From: an uncultured Gemmatimonadales bacterium
GTDB taxonomy: Bacteria > Gemmatimonadota > Gemmatimonadetes > Gemmatimonadales > GWC2-71-9
Length of the DNA stretch: 64,000 bases
NCBI GenBank assembly: GCA_963842945.1
Contig: CAWJIM010000021.1
Coordinates: 96,001-160,000 of the forward strand
Direction of reading: 5' to 3'
Position 1 is the stretch's first letter. Each line of letters opens with the position of its first letter. Position numbers and translations under genes: made by a program. This document shows, one piece after another, positions 50,513 through 61,826 of the stretch. Below the pieces are notes generated by a model. That model was given only the letters and a program-made list of their open reading frames with translations, was not told the DNA's origin and did no database searches.

Positions 50513-50901
50513 GCCGTACCCATGGCCGGCTGGCGCTGGCGGGTCTGGCGCTGGCCGCGATTCTCGTCGCCTGCTTCTCCGAGCACTCGGAACCGGCAAC
50601 CGACAATTCGGCCTTGTGTAGCTCTGCCCCGGGCTCGGTCGTCAACGGATCGACGCTCGTGACCATCCATGAATTCGCCTTCGAGCCCCAGAACGTGCAG
50701 ATCCAGGCCGGATCCAGCGTCGTCTGGGTCAATTGTGAGTCCACGCCAACCGATCACAATTCCAGCAGCGATCAGGGCGCCTGGGACTCGCCCCTGCTCG
50801 CGCCAGGTGATGCCTTCACCCAGACATTCAGCTCGGCGGGCGCCTATCCTTATCATTGCGCACCCCACCCATTCATGACCGCGACCGTCACGGTCGAGTA
50901 G
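50509..50901 (+). CDS. Amicyanin/plastocyanin-like cupredoxin lipoprotein
   Basis: Lipobox LVAC; HNS..YHCAPHPFM; ATGA overlap with the upstream gene. Confidence 0.88.
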   Translation: MSRTHGRLALAGLALAAILVACFSEHSEPATDNSALCSSAPGSVVNGSTLVTIHEFAFEPQNVQIQAGSSVVWVNCESTPTDHNSSSDQGAWDSPLLAPGDAFTQTFSSAGAYPYHCAPHPFMTATVTVE

Positions 50902-50904
50902 CGC

Positions 50905-51582
50905 ATGCGGCTTCTGGTTACCGGTACCGACATCGGCGTAGGCAAGACGTGGGTTGCCTGTGCCCTGGCGCGCGCGCTCATAGAGACAGGGAAGTCGGTG
51001 GTCGCCATCAAACCGGTGGAGACCGGCTGTTCGGGTCAGCCGAGCAAGCGAGAGGATGGAGTGCGGCTGGCGCGGGCGACGGGGCAGAGTCAGCCGGCGC
51101 ACGCGATCATTCGCCTGCCAGAACCGGTAGCCCCGGTGCTGGCCAGCGAACGGGCCGGCGCGGAGATCGATTTCGATGCCCTCATCCTGAAAATCGAGCG
51201 CTTCAGCGAAGGGCCGGAGGTTGCCCTCATCGAGGGAACGGGAGGGTTGCTCGCGCCGGTGACCTGGGAATGGAACATGGTGGACCTGGCGCGATCGCTG
51301 GGCGCGGCGGCCCTGGTGGTCGCGGCCGACCGCCTAGGGACGATCAATCACACTCTGCTGACACTGAGTGCGCTGGAACTGGCCGGCGTCCCGGCTGCAG
51401 GAGTGGTGCTGACCACCCCGGAGCGGAAAGATCAGTCTGCGGGGACCAACGCGGCCGCCATCGGCCGGCTCTCCGGAGTGGACCGTGTGCTCACGCTGCC
51501 CCGTTCGGAAGACGATTCGGCGGCCGCCGGTCTGGTTGCGCCGGTGCTGGAGTGGCTGCCGCGGGTGGGAGCGCCGGCCTGA
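50905..51582 (+). CDS. bioD: Dethiobiotin synthase
   Basis: VTGTDIGVGKT, KPVETG, IEGTGG, LGTINHTLL. Confidence 0.93.
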   Translation: MRLLVTGTDIGVGKTWVACALARALIETGKSVVAIKPVETGCSGQPSKREDGVRLARATGQSQPAHAIIRLPEPVAPVLASERAGAEIDFDALILKIERFSEGPEVALIEGTGGLLAPVTWEWNMVDLARSLGAAALVVAADRLGTINHTLLTLSALELAGVPAAGVVLTTPERKDQSAGTNAAAIGRLSGVDRVLTLPRSEDDSAAAGLVAPVLEWLPRVGAPA

Positions 51583-51614
51583 CCGCGCGCTAGCGCGCCA
51601 CCACCGAGCTTAAC

Positions 51615-53981
51615 TCACTCTGCCGCCGCCTTCCCCAGCTCCTCGTCTATGGCGTCGAGCACCCAGCGCCTGACCCAGGCACGCTTGTCGTCGCGGTGAC
51701 GAACCAGAATGCTCAGAGCCTGGCTGTCGCCGTCTCTCGCGCGGGTGGCGAGGGTGATCGCTGCCAGCTCCTGCTGGCCCAGGACTTTCTCCAAACCATC
51801 CACAATTGCTGAATCCGCCACCCGAACCGACGCTGCTATCGCCGCCGTCTGAATCACGTCACGGTACGAGGGCGTGCTCAGCCCGGCCAGCACGACAGAC
51901 CTCGAGCCGGGCGGATCGACGCGCGCGAGCACCGCGAGCGCCTGGGCTCGCACCTGATAGCTGGAGTCCTTCTGCCAGGCTGCGGCCGCCAGCTCCCGGG
52001 CCTTCTCTCCTCCCAATGAGCCCAGCGCCGCCAGCGCCGCCACGCGCACCGCAGCGGAGGTGTCGCGGGTAGCCACCTCCAGGGCCGGAAGAGCGACCCT
52101 CGGCTCAAATCGGCCCAGTGCGACGGCCGCCTCGGCTCGCACCCGGTAATAGTCCGCCGAGCGGGTGGCCCGGGCCAGGGCAACGGCTGCCACGGAGTCG
52201 CTGGTCCTCCGAGCGAGCTGCTCGATGACCCAGGCCCGATTCCACAGGTTGGGGTCTCGGGCCAGCTGCATCTCCAGCCACGGCAGTGGGCTGCTCGAAC
52301 GTGAGCGACTTCAGCAGCGCATTGTCTTCATCGAACACCACCATTGTCGGGGCCGACCGGAGGCCTTCGATCCGGAGCACCTGTTCCCGCTGATCCAGCA
52401 TCACCCGGCTTCGGACATCGCCGCGCGCAGTAGCCACGCGAACCGAGACCTGGCCCCGGAACACGGCCGGCGTCGAATAACGGAGACCGGTGCTGTCGGC
52501 CTTGGCCGTGTCCGCTTGCGTCTGTCTCACGGTGAGGGTCAGCGATCCATCCAGCGAATCGTAGGCGGTGCTCACCACCAACTCGGGATAGCCGGCCTGG
52601 TACACCCACTGGTTCCAGAACCAGCTCAGGTTCCGGCCGGTGGCGTCGAGCACCGCGCGCCGGAGATCGTCGCTCGGCGCGTTGCCGAACGCATGTCGGG
52701 TCAGATACCGGTTGATCGAGGCCCAGAACCGCTCGGGGCCGAGCTGCTTCTTCAGCATCTCCAGCACCAGAGCCCCTTTGACGTAGACGTTGTTGGAGTT
52801 GAACGCGGCAAGGGGAACCCGCCGCCGGGCATCGAGCTCCAGAAACTGGCGGTACTCGTCGAGGTAGAAGTCCTCTTCGTCACGGCGGCCCAGCTTGGTC
52901 GCCCAGTACTGCCCCGCCATGAACTCGGCCATGCCCTCGTTGAGCCAGTAGTTGGACCAGTTTCCGTAGTGACCAGGTTGCCGAACCACTGGTGGGCCAG
53001 CTCGTGCGGGATCAGCGATCGGTGGTACCAGGGACGGTCCCGGTAGGCCCGCGCATCGGGAAGCCAATCCACCAATGTCGTGGCGCCGACGTTCTCCATG
53101 CCGCCGATGAAGTCGGTGACTGTGGCCTGCGAGTACTGGGGCCAGGGGTATTTCACCCCGGTGAGCCGGGTGTAGACCTCCATCATATCGGGCGTCATGC
53201 CGAACAGCCGGCGGGCGCTGGGGGCATCCTCGGGGTAGACGTAGTAGCTCAGGGGGATATCGCGCCACTTCTCGCTCAGCCTTGGTGAACGGGGCGATCA
53301 CCAGTGAGATGAGATAGGTCGACGCCGGCCGCTCCTGCCGCCACTGCACCGTGTGGGTCGTCGCTTGGCACCGGGCGCATCGCTGATCTGCCGCCCGTTG
53401 GAAACGACGGTGTAAGCGGCCGGGACCGTAGCGATCAGGTCCCAGGTGGCCTTGTCGTGCGGAGCCGCGTAGGTGGGAATCCAGTTGGGATTTCCGTCGG
53501 TGCCGCCTCCGCTGTAGATCTGCTGCGGGCGATGCGGCCGACCCGGTTCGGCCTTGAAGAAGTAGAGTCCCCGGCCCTGCCTGATCTTTCCCCGGTAGTC
53601 GATGGTGAAGCGGACCGTGTCGCGGAAGCCGGCGGGCTTCGGCAGGCGGACTGTGATAGAGTCTCCGGGTCGACTGAACCGGAGGGGAACCGCCCGACCG
53701 CCCGACTTCCCGACCGTCCCCTTTACCGACCGAACCGCGAGCCGGCGGCCCATGTCCAGCACGATCGAATCCAGTCCGGGCCTGAGCGACACGATCGTGG
53801 TGGTGACCTTGCCGTCGAAGGCGGTTGCGTCCCAGTCGAAGTTGCGGACTTCGATCCGCTGGTGGATCAGGTCGTAATCGTGCGAGGGAGTGTCGCGGCC
53901 GGTGAGGATCCGCTCGGCGTTGGTTTGCTGGGCAGCGAGCATGGATGATGAGGGGCCAAGCAGCCCCAGCAGAATCCTCAT
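51615..53981 (-). CDS. M1 family aminopeptidase with HEAT repeats (three frameshifts)
   Basis: GGMEN, HELAHQWFG..WLNEG, YVKGA; HEAT-like C-terminus. Confidence 0.9.
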
Positions 53982-54048
53982 CCCGAGCCAAAGTCGAATC
54001 TAGTCCCTCGGCAGATCCCTCGCTGAGCGACGGGATGCTCGGGATGAG
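53977..54048. repeat. REP-like palindromic element
   Basis: CTCATCCCGAGC (53977-88) and GCTCGGGATGAG (54037-48) form a perfect 12 bp inverted repeat. Confidence 0.75.
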
Positions 54049-54059
54049 TGCATTCGCGA

Positions 54060-54743
54060 TCACAGAGACAGGGTCAGCTGCGCGAGCGGAGCAAAGGTGA
54101 GGCGGTGATGCCGGGTGGGGCCGTTGATCCGGAGACCTTCCTGGTGCTCCTCGGTGCCGTAGCCGACGTTGGTGTGCCAGCCGTAGCCGGGATGCCGCGC
54201 GGCGAGCCGGTGCATCAGTCGGTCGCGGACGGTCTTGGCGAGAATGGCGGCGGCGGAGATGGACTGGCAGCGGGCGTCCCCGTCGACCAGCGCCTCATGG
54301 GCATAGCCGATCTCGGGCAGCGGAAGGCCGTCGATGAGGATGCGGTAGGATCGTCCGCTGTCGAGATAACCTCTGCCACACTGGCCTAGAGGAAAGCGGG
54401 CCAGTGACGAGCGGCGGATCAGACAGGCGATGGCCCGCCGCATCGCCATGGCGGTGGCGACCCGGATGTTGTAGCGGTCGATCTCATGGGCCGAGGCGGC
54501 GCCCGACCCCGAAGGCCATGGCCCCCGGCGCCCGAATCCGTTCGGCCAGGCGGGCCCTGACTGACGCTGGAAGGATCTTGCTGTCGCGGAGTCCGCGGAC
54601 GCGGAGCAGCCGATGGGAAAGACAACGGCCGCGGCCACCACTGGTCCTGCCAGGGGGCCACGGCCGGCCTCGTCAACCCCGACGAGGAGATGCTCCTCCG
54701 CCCAAACGGCCCGTTCGCGGACCAGTGTGGGGCGAGGGGCCAT
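54060..54743 (-). CDS. rnhB: Ribonuclease HII (internal compensating frameshifts)
   Basis: GVDEAGRGPLAGPV, LIDG, SISAAAILAKTVRD, HHRLTF. Confidence 0.93.
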   Translation of the reverse strand: MAPRPTLVRERAVWAEEHLLVGVDEAGRGPLAGPVVAAAVVFPIGCSASADSATARSFQRQSGPAWPNGFGRRGPWPSGSGAASAHEIDRYNIRVATAMAMRRAIACLIRRSSLARFPLGQCGRGYLDSGRSYRILIDGLPLPEIGYAHEALVDGDARCQSISAAAILAKTVRDRLMHRLAARHPGYGWHTNVGYGTEEHQEGLRINGPTRHHRLTFAPLAQLTLSL

Positions 54744-54748
54744 GCGGC

Positions 54749-55096
54749 TCAGCTCTCGCGCTTCTCCCGGATCCGGGCGGCCTTGCCGCTCAGCGCGCGC
54801 AGATAGTACAGCTTGGCGCGGCGCACCCGTCCCCGGCGGACCAGCTCGACCGAGGCGATCGTGGGGCTGTGCATCGGGAAGAGGCGCTCGACCCCGACAC
54901 CCGCGGAGATCTTGCGGACCGTGAAGGTCTCGCTGATGCCGCCACCCCGCTTGGCGATGACCATCCCCTCGAACGCCTGGAGGCGCTCCTTGTCACCCTC
55001 GCGGACGCGAACCATGACCCGGACGGTGTCTCCCGGATCGAATGCAGGAATGTCCGTGCGCAAGCCCTCACGGGCCACCTCTGCCAATCGCTCCAT
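54749..55096 (-). CDS. rplS: 50S ribosomal protein L19
   Basis: [28 protein letters not shown]. Confidence 0.98.
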   Translation of the reverse strand: MERLAEVAREGLRTDIPAFDPGDTVRVMVRVREGDKERLQAFEGMVIAKRGGGISETFTVRKISAGVGVERLFPMHSPTIASVELVRRGRVRRAKLYYLRALSGKAARIREKRES

Positions 55097-55173
55097 GGTC
55101 CGAATCCTCCGCTCGGTCCAGCGCCTGATGAACTGAAAAACTGCAACGATCTTAGAATCAGCGAGCCGCGATT

Positions 55174-55221
55174 TGTCATCTGCTCCGGACGGCTGGATCC
55201 TTCGCTTTCGCTCAGGATGAC
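55174..55221. repeat. REP-like element (degenerate)
   Basis: Minus strand reads TGTCATCCTGAGCGAAAGCGAAGGATC...GATGACA. Confidence 0.65.
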
Positions 55222-55239
55222 AGGTGCTTCTCCCACAAA

Positions 55240-55897
55240 TCCGGCCGCCGCTCGTCGCGTCAGCCGCTCGGACTCCTGCTGCCGCCAGGCCTCGATCTCT
55301 GCGTGGTTGCCGGAGCGCAGCACCTCAGGCACCTCGAGCCCACGATACTCCGGCGGCCGGGTATAGCTCGGCGGGCTCAGCAGCCCCGTCGTAGTGCGAG
55401 TCGGAGCTGGCCGACTCGTGATCGCTCAGCGCCCCCGGCAGCAGCCGCACCACCGCATCCAGCACGCAGAGCGCCGCGGGCTCTCCCCCCGATAGGACGA
55501 AGTCGCCGATCGACAGCTCCTCGGTGGCCAGCCCGTCCGCCACCCGCTGATCCACGTCCTTGTAGTGGCCGCAGAGCAGGGTCAGCCGTTCGCCCAGCGA
55601 GAAGCGCACCGCGTCGTCGTGGCTGAATCGCCGGCCCCGAGCCGACAGCAGCACGATGGGCCCGGTGGGCCGCAGGGTTTCCACCGCCTCGAAGAACGGC
55701 TCCGGCTTCAGCACCATCCCCGCACCGCCGCCGTAGGCGTAGTCATCCACCGTGGCGTGGCGGTCGTGGGTGAAGTCGCGCAGCTGCACCAGCCGGAACT
55801 GCACCAACCCCGCCGCTGCGGCCCTGCCCGGTATGCTCGCCGCCACGTACGGGGCGATGACTTCGGGGAACAGGGTGACGACATCGATGGTCAACAC
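55240..55897 (-). CDS. trmD: tRNA (guanine37-N1)-methyltransferase (frameshift ~55375; 3' end approximate)
   Basis: [36 protein letters not shown]. Confidence 0.93.
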
Positions 55898-55910
55898 GGG
55901 GCACCTCGAC

Positions 55911-55937
55911 TGTCATCCTGAGCGAAGCGAAGGAGCC
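55911..55937. repeat. REP-like half element
   Basis: TGTCATCCTGAGCGAAGCGAAGGAGCC between rimM and trmD. Confidence 0.65.
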
Positions 55938-55965
55938 GACATACCGTCCCGTACCGCCTGTCCGC

Positions 55966-56490
55966 CTACTCCATCAACCCTTCCGGCGGCGTCACCACTA
56001 ACCGCCGGCCCGCCCGATCCACCTCCCGCACGAACTCCTTCTTGTACGGCAGGAGGAACTCGCGCTTCGGCCCCTGCACCTCGATCATCACTCCCGACGG
56101 CAGCTCGTACACTGCGGAGACCAGACCGAGCGGCGTCTCGTCGGCAAGCCGCACCGAGAAGCCGTCCAGCTCATGGAGGTAGACCTCGTCGTCCGCCAGC
56201 GGGGTCAGCTGATCGGCCGGCACCGCCGAGAAAGGTGCCCCGGAACGGATCCAGCGCGTCGCGGCTCTCCACCCCCGCAAACTTCACCAGCCACTCGCGA
56301 TGGTACTCCCGGCTGCGCTCGACCGTGAGCGGACCGGCCACCGTCTCTCCGCCAGGTTCACCACCCAGATCTGCCGGCCCGGCGCGAAGTGGTAGCCGGG
56401 CTCGCCGTCAGGGGGAAGAGGGTGCAGTCACCCTTCAGCCCGTGGGGCTTCCGGAGCCGGCCGACCACGACGTAACCGGTCACGATGTCG
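55966..56490 (-). CDS. rimM: Ribosome maturation factor RimM (frameshifted; start approximate)
   Basis: VVGRLRKPHGLKG, DEVYLHELDG, LLPY..FV..VD..PPEGL. Confidence 0.88.
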
Positions 56491-56521
56491 GTCAGTACGC
56501 TAGTCGCTATCGTGTTCCCGC

Positions 56522-56796
56522 TTACGCCTTTCGCTGTTCCCGCTGTTTGGAACACCCCCGCCTGCTTCAGCAGCGACTGGACGGTGTCCGACGGCGTCGC
56601 GCCCTTGGCGATCCACTGCCGCGCCTTGTCCGCGTCGACCTTCACCTTGTCGGCGGTGGTTGCGCCCTTCGGGATTGTAGGTCCCGATGATCTCGATGAA
56701 GCGGCCGTCCCGCGGCGCTTCCTGGTCGGCGATCACGATGCGGTACAGCGGAAGCTTCTTCCGGCCGATCCGGCGGAGACGAATGCGAGTTGCCAT
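56522..56796 (-). CDS. rpsP: 30S ribosomal protein S16 (frameshifted)
   Basis: [49 protein letters not shown]. Confidence 0.95.
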
Positions 56797-56816
56797 GTGG
56801 GTTCCTGGCGTACGGG

Positions 56817-58162
56817 TTAACCGGGGAATCCGCCGCGTCCGAAGGGCAGCTTCAGACCGGCGCCTCCGGTCTTCCCCGCGATCTTCATGAACTTCTGCAT
56901 CTGCTTGAACTGCGCGAGCAAGGTATTCACTTCCTGCACCGTGCGGCCCGATCCCTTGGCGATGCGCAGCCGGCGCTGGCCGTTGATCAGGTCCGGGTTG
57001 GCCCGCTCCTTCGGGGTCATCGAGAGCACGATGGCCTCGACGTGCTTGAGCTTCTTGTCGTCGAGCTTGGCCGCCTGCAGCATGGCCGGATTCATTCCTG
57101 GCAGCATGCCCGAGCACGTTCTTGAGCGGCCCCATCTTCTGCATCTGCCGCATGGCGCCAGGAAGTCGCCGAGGTCGAGCCCCTTCTTCGACGGTGACCT
57201 TCTTGGCCAGCCGCTCGGCTTCCTTCTCGTCGACCGCGCCCTGCGCCTTCTCCACCAGGGAGAGGATGTCGCCCTGCTGGAGGATCCGTCCCGCCAGCCG
57301 GTCGGGATGGAACGGCTCCAGCGCGTCCAGCTTCTCTCCCACGCCGATGTACTTGATCGGCGCGTGGGTGACTCCGTAGATCGAGAGCGCGGCGCCGCCC
57401 CGGGCATCGCCGTCCATCTTGGTCAGCACCACGCCGGTGATGCCGAGCGCGTCGTGAAATCCCTTGGCGATGCGGACCGCGTCCTGGCCGGTCATGCCGT
57501 CGGCGACGAGCAGGATCTCGTGGGGCGTGACCGCCGCCTTGAGCCGCTTGAGCTCGTCCATCATCTCGTCGTCGATCTGGAGCCGGCCCGCGGTATCCAC
57601 GATGACGGTTCGGGCCCGGGCCTTGCCGGCGGCCACGATGCCGTCCCGCACGATCTTCACCACATCCTGCGAGGCGTTGTCGCTGTGGACGCCCACGTCG
57701 ACCTGGCGACCCAGGGTATGCAGCTGGTCGATGGCCGCGGGACGATACACGTCTGCCGCCACCAGGAACGGCGCCTTCTGCTCCAGCTTGAGCCGGCGGG
57801 CCAGCTTGCCCGCCGTGGTGGTCTTACCCGAGCCCTGCAGTCCCACCAGCAGGATGACGGTCGGCGGCACCGTGGCGTAGGCGATCGGCGCCTGCTTCTC
57901 GCCCAGCAGCGCCACCAGCTCGTCGTAGACGATCTTGACCAGCTGGTGCCCGGGCCGGACCTCCTTGAGGGAGAGCGAGCCCGACCGCCTTGGCCTGCAC
58001 CCGCTCCAGGAAGTCGCGGGTCAGATCGAAGCTGACATCGGCCTCGAGCAGGATCCGCCGGATCTCCCGGAGCCCCTCCTTGACCGCGTCTTCCGTTAGA
58101 ACGCCCCGCCCGGTGAGCCTCTGGAGCGTGGCGTTGAGTTTGCTGGAAAGCTCGTCGAACAT
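56817..58162 (-). CDS. ffh: Signal recognition particle protein (frameshifted)
   Basis: [40 protein letters not shown]. Confidence 0.97.
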
Positions 58163-58222
58163 AAGCCCGTAAGGTTAGTCGCGAGCGGACTTTCTTCAAG
58201 GTCGAAAGGCTATATTCTCTCC

Positions 58223-60516
58223 GTGACCTCCCCTGCCAACAGTCGCCCCGAGCTCGAGGACCGACTTCAGGCCGCTCTCCACGAGCGCTATCGGTTGCAA
58301 CGCGCGATCGGCCGAGGCGGCATGGCTACGGTCTATCTCGCCGAAGACCTGAAGCACCGCCGCCCCGTTGCGGTAAAGCTGTTCCACCCCGACCTTGCCG
58401 AGAACCTGGGGTCCCAGCGGTTCCAGCGCGAAGTCGAGATCGCCGCACGGCTGAGCCATCCTCATATCCTCACCCTCATTGACTCGGGCCAGGGCAGCGG
58501 GTTGCTCTACTACGTGATGCCCTACATCAGCGGCGAATCACTTCGGGCCCGTCTCCGCCGCGAGCCGGAGCTCGCCATCAGCGACGCCGTCCGGATTGCT
58601 GTTGACGTCGCTTCGGCGTTGAGCTTTGCCCACGGGCAAGGCATCATCCACCGCGACGTGAAGCCGGAAAACATCATGCTCCACGAGGGCGAGGCAATGG
58701 TCGCCGACTTCGGCATTGCCAAGGCGTTGAGTGCGGCGGGGCGGGGACACTCTGACCCAGACCGGCTTCATTCTGGGCACACCGGCATACATGAGTCCGG
58801 AGCAGGCCGCCGGCGAGCAGATCGACGGCCGGAGTGATGTATACGCTCTGGGCTGTGTGCTGTTCGAGATGTTGTGCGGCGAGCCGCCATTCACCGGAGC
58901 GCCATTAGCCGCGCTCACCCGGCGTCTCGCGGCAGTCACCGCCCTCGGCCAGAGGGCGGCGGGTACATGTTCCCGAGGAGCTGGACCGGATCATCACGGG
59001 CGCTCTCCATCGGACTCCAGAGGGACGCTACACCGCCCAGGAGCTACTCTCGGCCCTGCGGCATCTGGGCTCCGAATCCACCGCCGCGCCGGCGGCTCCA
59101 ACCACAGGCACCGCTGAATTCAGGCCCGGCTCCATCGTGGTGCTGCCTTTCGCCAATCTGAGCCCAGACTCTGACAGCGAGTACTTCAGCGACGGCATGA
59201 CCGATGAGCTGATCAACGCGCTCACCCGAGGTCGAAGGACTGCACGTCGTTTCCCGCACGACGGCCTTCGCCTTCAAGGGGAAGCAGCTGGACGTCCGCA
59301 CCATCGGGAAGCAGCTCAACGTTCGCACCGCGCTGGAGGGCAGTGTGCGCAAGGCCGGCCGCCGGCTGCGGGTGTCGGCCCAGCTGACCGATGTCGGCAG
59401 ACGGCTATCAACTCTGGTCGGAAGTGTTTGACCGAGAGTTGGAAGACGTGTTCGCCATTCAAGAAGAGATCTCCCGGGCCATTGTCAGTGGACTCCGGCT
59501 GCGGCTGCTCGGGCCTGAAGTGCAGCCACCTGGTCCGCCCCGCGACCGATGACCTGGAGGCGTACACGCTGTACCTCAAGGGGCGCCAGCTGTGGAACCG
59601 GCGCACCGAGGAGGCGCTGCGGCTTGGGCTGCGTCACTTCGAGCGGGCACTGGAGCGCGACCCGCAGTACGCGATGGCTCACAGCGGAGTGGCGGATTCG
59701 TACTGTATCCTCGGGTTCTACACCGTGCTGCCGCCTGGAGAGGCGTTTCCCAGGGCCAAGGCCGCCGCTTTGACCGCCTTGCAGCTCGATCCCCGGCTTT
59801 CGGAAGCGCGACCTACCCTGGCCTACGTGAGCATGTATTACGAGTGGAACTGGGAAGAAGCCGAACGGCAGTTCCGGATGGCCATCAGCAGCAATCCAGG
59901 CTATGCGACGGCCCACCAGTGGTACGGCAACTTTCTCGCCCTCATGGGTCGGTATGACGAATCATTCGCTGAGTTTGCGAAGGCGGTCGCGCTGGATCCG
60001 TTGTCGTCGCTCAAGCTGGGAGCGCTGGGCTGGAGCTATTACTTCGCCCGCCGGTTCGACGACGCTGTCGGCCAATGCCGCCGAGCCCTCGAGCTCGATC
60101 CGCAGCTGGCTGTCGCACATCTCTGGCTCGGGCTGGGGCTGGATGGGGTCGGTCTGGTGAAGGAGGCGGTGAGCGCCTATGAGGAAGCTGTCCGACTCAC
60201 CCGAGGCGAGCCTCTCGCGCTCGCGTTCCTGACCCATGGCCTCGCCCGGGCTGGGCGAACCGGTGAGGCGCAACAGCGGTTCCGCGAGTTGAAGGATCTG
60301 AGCACCCGGCGGTATGTGTCGTCTTACGACATGGCAGTCATCTCTGCGGGTATGGGCCAGCTGGACGATGCACTGAGTCTGCTCGAGCGAGGGTACCGTG
60401 AACGCACTCACTGGATGGCGTTGCTTCAGGTGGATCCCCGGCTCGACCAACTCCGGGAAACCCCACGTTTCGCGCAACTGGTGGAATCGATGAAATTTCC
60501 GGAACGACGCACCTGA
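58223..60516 (+). CDS. Ser/Thr kinase with TolB-like N-terminal-type domain and TPR repeats (several frameshifts)
   Basis: [42 protein letters not shown], TPRs. Confidence 0.9.
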
Positions 60517-60530
60517 ACGAGATCTCCAGC

Positions 60531-61787
60531 ATGCCCCCAATGCAAGAGATCACCAATCCCGAGGAAAGGCAGCGCAACCTCGACCGGATGAAGGCCAGGG
60601 CCACCGGGCTCCTGATCCTGATGGGGATCGTCTTCGTGCTCGCCCGGATGTATGAGGCCCAGCATCCCTGGCTCGGCTACCTCCGTGCCACGGCCGAGGC
60701 CTCGATGGTCGGCGGCATAGCCGACTGGTTCGCCATCACCGCGCTCTTCCGGCATCCTCTCAACATTCCCATCCCACACACCGCCATCATCCCCAACCGC
60801 AAGGACCGGATCGGCCGGAGCCTGGGCAACTTCGTCCAGAACAACTTCCTGTCGCCCGATGTCCTCACCGCCAAGCTCAAGGCGGCTCAGCTCAGCCGTC
60901 GGGCCGCCGAATGGCTCAGCCAGATGGAGCACGCGCGGATGGCAGCCGAGCAGGTGGGCTCGGTGCTCCGGGGAGCGGGCAACGTGGTGCGGGACGAGGA
61001 CGTCCACGCGCTGCTGGACCGGACCGTGGTCGAGCCGCTCCGGCAGATGCCGATTGCGCCGGTGCTGGCCAAGGGACTCGCCCTTCTCACGATCGATGCC
61101 CGGCACCAGCAGCTGCTCGACCGGGTGATCCATGGCCTCACCCGGCTGGTAGCCGAGAATGAGGAGCTGATCCGGGAAAAGATTCGGGAGGAGAGCCCCT
61201 GGTGGGTGCCGAAGGTGGTGGACGACCGGATCCACCAGAAGGTGCTGGGAGGAATCGAGCGAACCCTCTTCGAGGTGGGGGAGGATTCCGACCATCCACT
61301 GCGGCATCAGTTCGACGAGCTGCTGGCCGACTGGATGGTACAGCTACAGGAATCGCCCGAGGTCATCGCCCGGGCGGAGGCCATCAAGCAGCAGGTGCTG
61401 GACCCCGAAACCAGCGGGCGGCTGGCCGCCTCGCTCTGGCAGGAGTTGAAGCAGATCCTCGGCCGGCAGGACGCAGGCACCGATGGTGCTCCGGGACCCG
61501 TCGCCCGCGGACTCTCCGCGCTGGGCGTCGCTGCCCTGGAGGACGAGGCGCTGCTGGAGAAGATCGATGGCTGGGTGATCGGCGCGGTTTTGCGGGTCGT
61601 GGAGCAGCACCGGGGCGAGGTGGGTGGACTCATCGCTCAGACCGTGAGCTCGTGGGACCCAGAGGAGACCTCCCGGCGGATCGAGCTCCTGGTGGGCCGC
61701 GACCTGCAGTTCATCAGAATCAACGGGACACTGGTGGGAGGCCTGGTGGGCCTTCTGATCTACACGGTGACCCAGGCCCTGAGCTGA
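60531..61787 (+). CDS. DUF445 family membrane protein
   Basis: EASMVGGIADWFAITALFRHP, GRDLQFIRINGTLVGG. Confidence 0.93.
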   Translation: MPPMQEITNPEERQRNLDRMKARATGLLILMGIVFVLARMYEAQHPWLGYLRATAEASMVGGIADWFAITALFRHPLNIPIPHTAIIPNRKDRIGRSLGNFVQNNFLSPDVLTAKLKAAQLSRRAAEWLSQMEHARMAAEQVGSVLRGAGNVVRDEDVHALLDRTVVEPLRQMPIAPVLAKGLALLTIDARHQQLLDRVIHGLTRLVAENEELIREKIREESPWWVPKVVDDRIHQKVLGGIERTLFEVGEDSDHPLRHQFDELLADWMVQLQESPEVIARAEAIKQQVLDPETSGRLAASLWQELKQILGRQDAGTDGAPGPVARGLSALGVAALEDEALLEKIDGWVIGAVLRVVEQHRGEVGGLIAQTVSSWDPEETSRRIELLVGRDLQFIRINGTLVGGLVGLLIYTVTQALS

Positions 61788-61801
61788 CCGTTTTTGCCTG
61801 G

Positions 61802-61826
61802 TTAGACGCCGATGGGCGGCGTCTAA
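61802..61826. terminator. Hairpin between convergent genes
   Basis: TTAGACGCC-GATGGGC-GGCGTCTAA. Confidence 0.55.
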
